A model generated the notes under the pieces. That model had not been told where the DNA came from, ran no database searches, and saw only the letters and a list, made by a program, of their open reading frames with translations. Both the position numbers and the translations under genes were made by a program. From positions 1-37,278 of the IMG/VR virus record IMGVR_UViG_3300020294_000012: 37,278 nt of DNA. One strand, given 5' to 3'. This document shows positions 36,004-37,278 of the stretch, piece after piece (the stretch's first letter is position 1; each line of letters starts with the position of its first letter). Source of the stretch: a virus (taxonomy: Duplodnaviria; Caudoviricetes).

Positions 36004-36036
36004 ATTATATATCACTTTTGAATAATTAGCAAGTGA
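36004..36036 (-). promoter_or_regulatory. Sigma70-type promoter with overlapping inverted repeat
   Basis: Minus strand TTGCTA (36032-36027), 17 bp spacer, TATAAT (36009-36004). Inverted repeat TCACTT (36012-36017) / AAGTGA (36031-36036) overlaps it. Confidence 0.7.
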
Positions 36037-36156
36037 CCCTGTGGGCGTTTTTTAACAGCGAAAAAAAATTTGAGTTTCATTGTAATATTGTTCTCGCTTC
36101 CGTAACACTTTGTAGGTTAGGGTAGTTAGGCGTTTTTAGGGCGACGGGGGGGCGAA

Positions 36157-36170
36157 CCGCCCGAAGGCGG
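36157..36170 (-). other. GC-rich C(UUCG)G tetraloop hairpin
   Basis: Minus strand CCGCC-TTCG-GGCGG. No U-run follows it, so it is not a canonical intrinsic terminator. Confidence 0.6.
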
Positions 36171-36274
36171 GACACTGCCAAAACTGGCATACGTCTACTA
36201 AGTGGTAGTCGTTGGGGGTTGACACGCCTGACCATTAAGGCACTCCGCTAACTGTTATCCCCCAATACGTCTAC

Positions 36275-36592
36275 CTAATGGAAGGCGTTGCCATACTTTA
36301 GGTAGTTGTATCTGATCTTAATACCTCTGAAGGTACGCACCGCCCAGTCCTGTGGTGTCTCTTGGATCTCAGCAATTAAGGCATCCATCTCCTCAAGGTT
36401 TGCCTCTCCCCAGTCTGCCCCGTCTTGGGTTGCGTCGTTCTCCATGCCTACCATGTAGAGAACTTCGTGAAGGAATTCTTTATAGTCTACGCACTCTTTT
36501 GCGATGTCGTATAACCATTGATCATTGTTGATCCATAAGGCACAGTTCCATGTAGTCCAGTCTGCCCATCCGTTGTAAGTTTGATCAGTCAT
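36275..36592 (-). CDS. Small acidic early-type hypothetical protein
   Basis: 105 aa, YNGWADWTTWNCALWINND motif. RBS AAAGGA and a promoter upstream. Confidence 0.78.
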   Translation of the reverse strand: MTDQTYNGWADWTTWNCALWINNDQWLYDIAKECVDYKEFLHEVLYMVGMENDATQDGADWGEANLEEMDALIAEIQETPQDWAVRTFRGIKIRYNYLKYGNAFH

Positions 36593-36622
36593 GATGCTGG
36601 TTCCTTTGTTTGGTATGTACTT

Positions 36623-36657
36623 ATTGTATAGGATAAGGGGGGAAAATGTAACCCCCC
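36623..36657 (-). promoter_or_regulatory. Early (sigma70-like) promoter with G6/C6 inverted repeat around the -35
   Basis: Minus strand GGGGGG-TTACAT-TTT-CCCCCC-TTATCCTA-TACAAT: -35-like TTACAT, 17 bp spacer, -10 TACAAT. Confidence 0.55.
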
Positions 36658-36684
36658 AAATCTGTAGAAATGATTAAAACCGTG

Positions 36685-36990
36685 TTAGTAAGACCTCCCT
36701 TCGCTCTGACGCTGTGCCAAACGCTCACGCCTGTCTATCTCATTTTCGTCTGTGCCTTTAATCTTCTCAAGTGTTAGAAGTGCTTGGCGAATTCCTTCTA
36801 CTTGCTCCTTGGCGTTGTAGCATGGTGGATATCCTAACCACTCATCGTCTATCATGTCCCAGTCACACACAGGCAACTCACAGTCCCAGTCATGACCGCC
36901 CAACTTATAGGTAGGGGCAGACATAAATTCACCATCGAAGTCTATCCAAAAGGTGTATCCTAATAGACCTGATTCAATACGGTTGATCAT
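36685..36990 (-). CDS. Hypothetical early-type protein
   Basis: 101-aa ORF co-oriented with its neighbours. Possible extended -10 (TGGTATATT, 37027-37019) upstream. Confidence 0.62.
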   Translation of the reverse strand: MINRIESGLLGYTFWIDFDGEFMSAPTYKLGGHDWDCELPVCDWDMIDDEWLGYPPCYNAKEQVEGIRQALLTLEKIKGTDENEIDRRERLAQRQSEGRSY

Positions 36991-37093
36991 TTTTCAAGAT
37001 CAGATTCAGTACTCATTTAATATACCATAAAAGGACGACTCAAACATTAAGAAAATAAGGAAAGGTCAAATGTTAAATGATTGTTAATTGCAG

Positions 37094-37121
37094 TTGCGTG
37101 TTGGTGGTGCGGATGTATAAT
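37094..37121 (+). promoter_or_regulatory. Possible plus-strand sigma70-like promoter
   Basis: TTGCGT (37094-37099), 16 bp spacer, TATAAT (37116-37121). No ATG-initiated ORF follows before the A tract. Confidence 0.45.
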
Positions 37122-37185
37122 AAGAATAACAAGAGGAAGGTAGCAGCAAAGTCGCTGCTTGATCAACGCTCGTCACTCACCCTGC

Positions 37186-37252
<67 letters not shown>

Positions 37253-37278
37253 ATTACATCCTCCCTGACCTGACATTC

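Noticed and set aside
252-36029. All plus-strand ORFs in the track, and the short minus-strand ORFs at 8244-8582 and 24096-24284
   Set aside because: They overlap well-supported minus-strand genes and have shadow-ORF composition (Ser/Leu/Ile/Pro-rich antisense translations) with no recognisable motifs.
36157-36170. UUCG hairpin as a standard T4-type intrinsic terminator
   Set aside because: On the minus strand it is followed by TTCGCCCCCCC rather than a U tract. It is kept only as a structural element.
36204-36275. Possible tRNA in the structured non-coding interval
   Set aside because: No cloverleaf, no TTCGA T-loop in a suitable position, and the enclosed region is too short.

Overview
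AT-rich fragment of a T4-like marine cyanomyovirus (Kyanoviridae-type; host most likely Prochlorococcus or Synechococcus, by inference). All credible genes lie on the minus strand. In transcription order (right to left): small early-type ORFs with sigma70-like promoters, a structured non-coding interval, an AbrB-like ORF, two 2OG-Fe(II) oxygenases around a GT-A glycosyltransferase, then the late virion module. That module is gp25, gp6, a giant 5167-aa gp7-like baseplate protein, gp8, a 2529-aa VrlC-like protein, small virion ORFs, a fibre in the fibritin position, gp13, gp14, gp15, a basic capsid-targeted protein, and the start of gp16. T4 late promoters (TATAAATA) precede several structural genes. 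The most striking observation is inside gp7: nine copies of a ~110-aa domain are inserted in frame into loops of one another, up to three levels deep, and two copies share a perfect 75-bp DNA tract. Other points of interest are putative capsid-packaged polyproteins with gp21-type cleavage sites, a structured non-coding region, and a promoter/short structured RNA/35-A tract at the right end. No tRNA, CRISPR array, integrase, reverse transcriptase or homing endonuclease was seen. All calls come from reading motifs and synteny; no database search was run.
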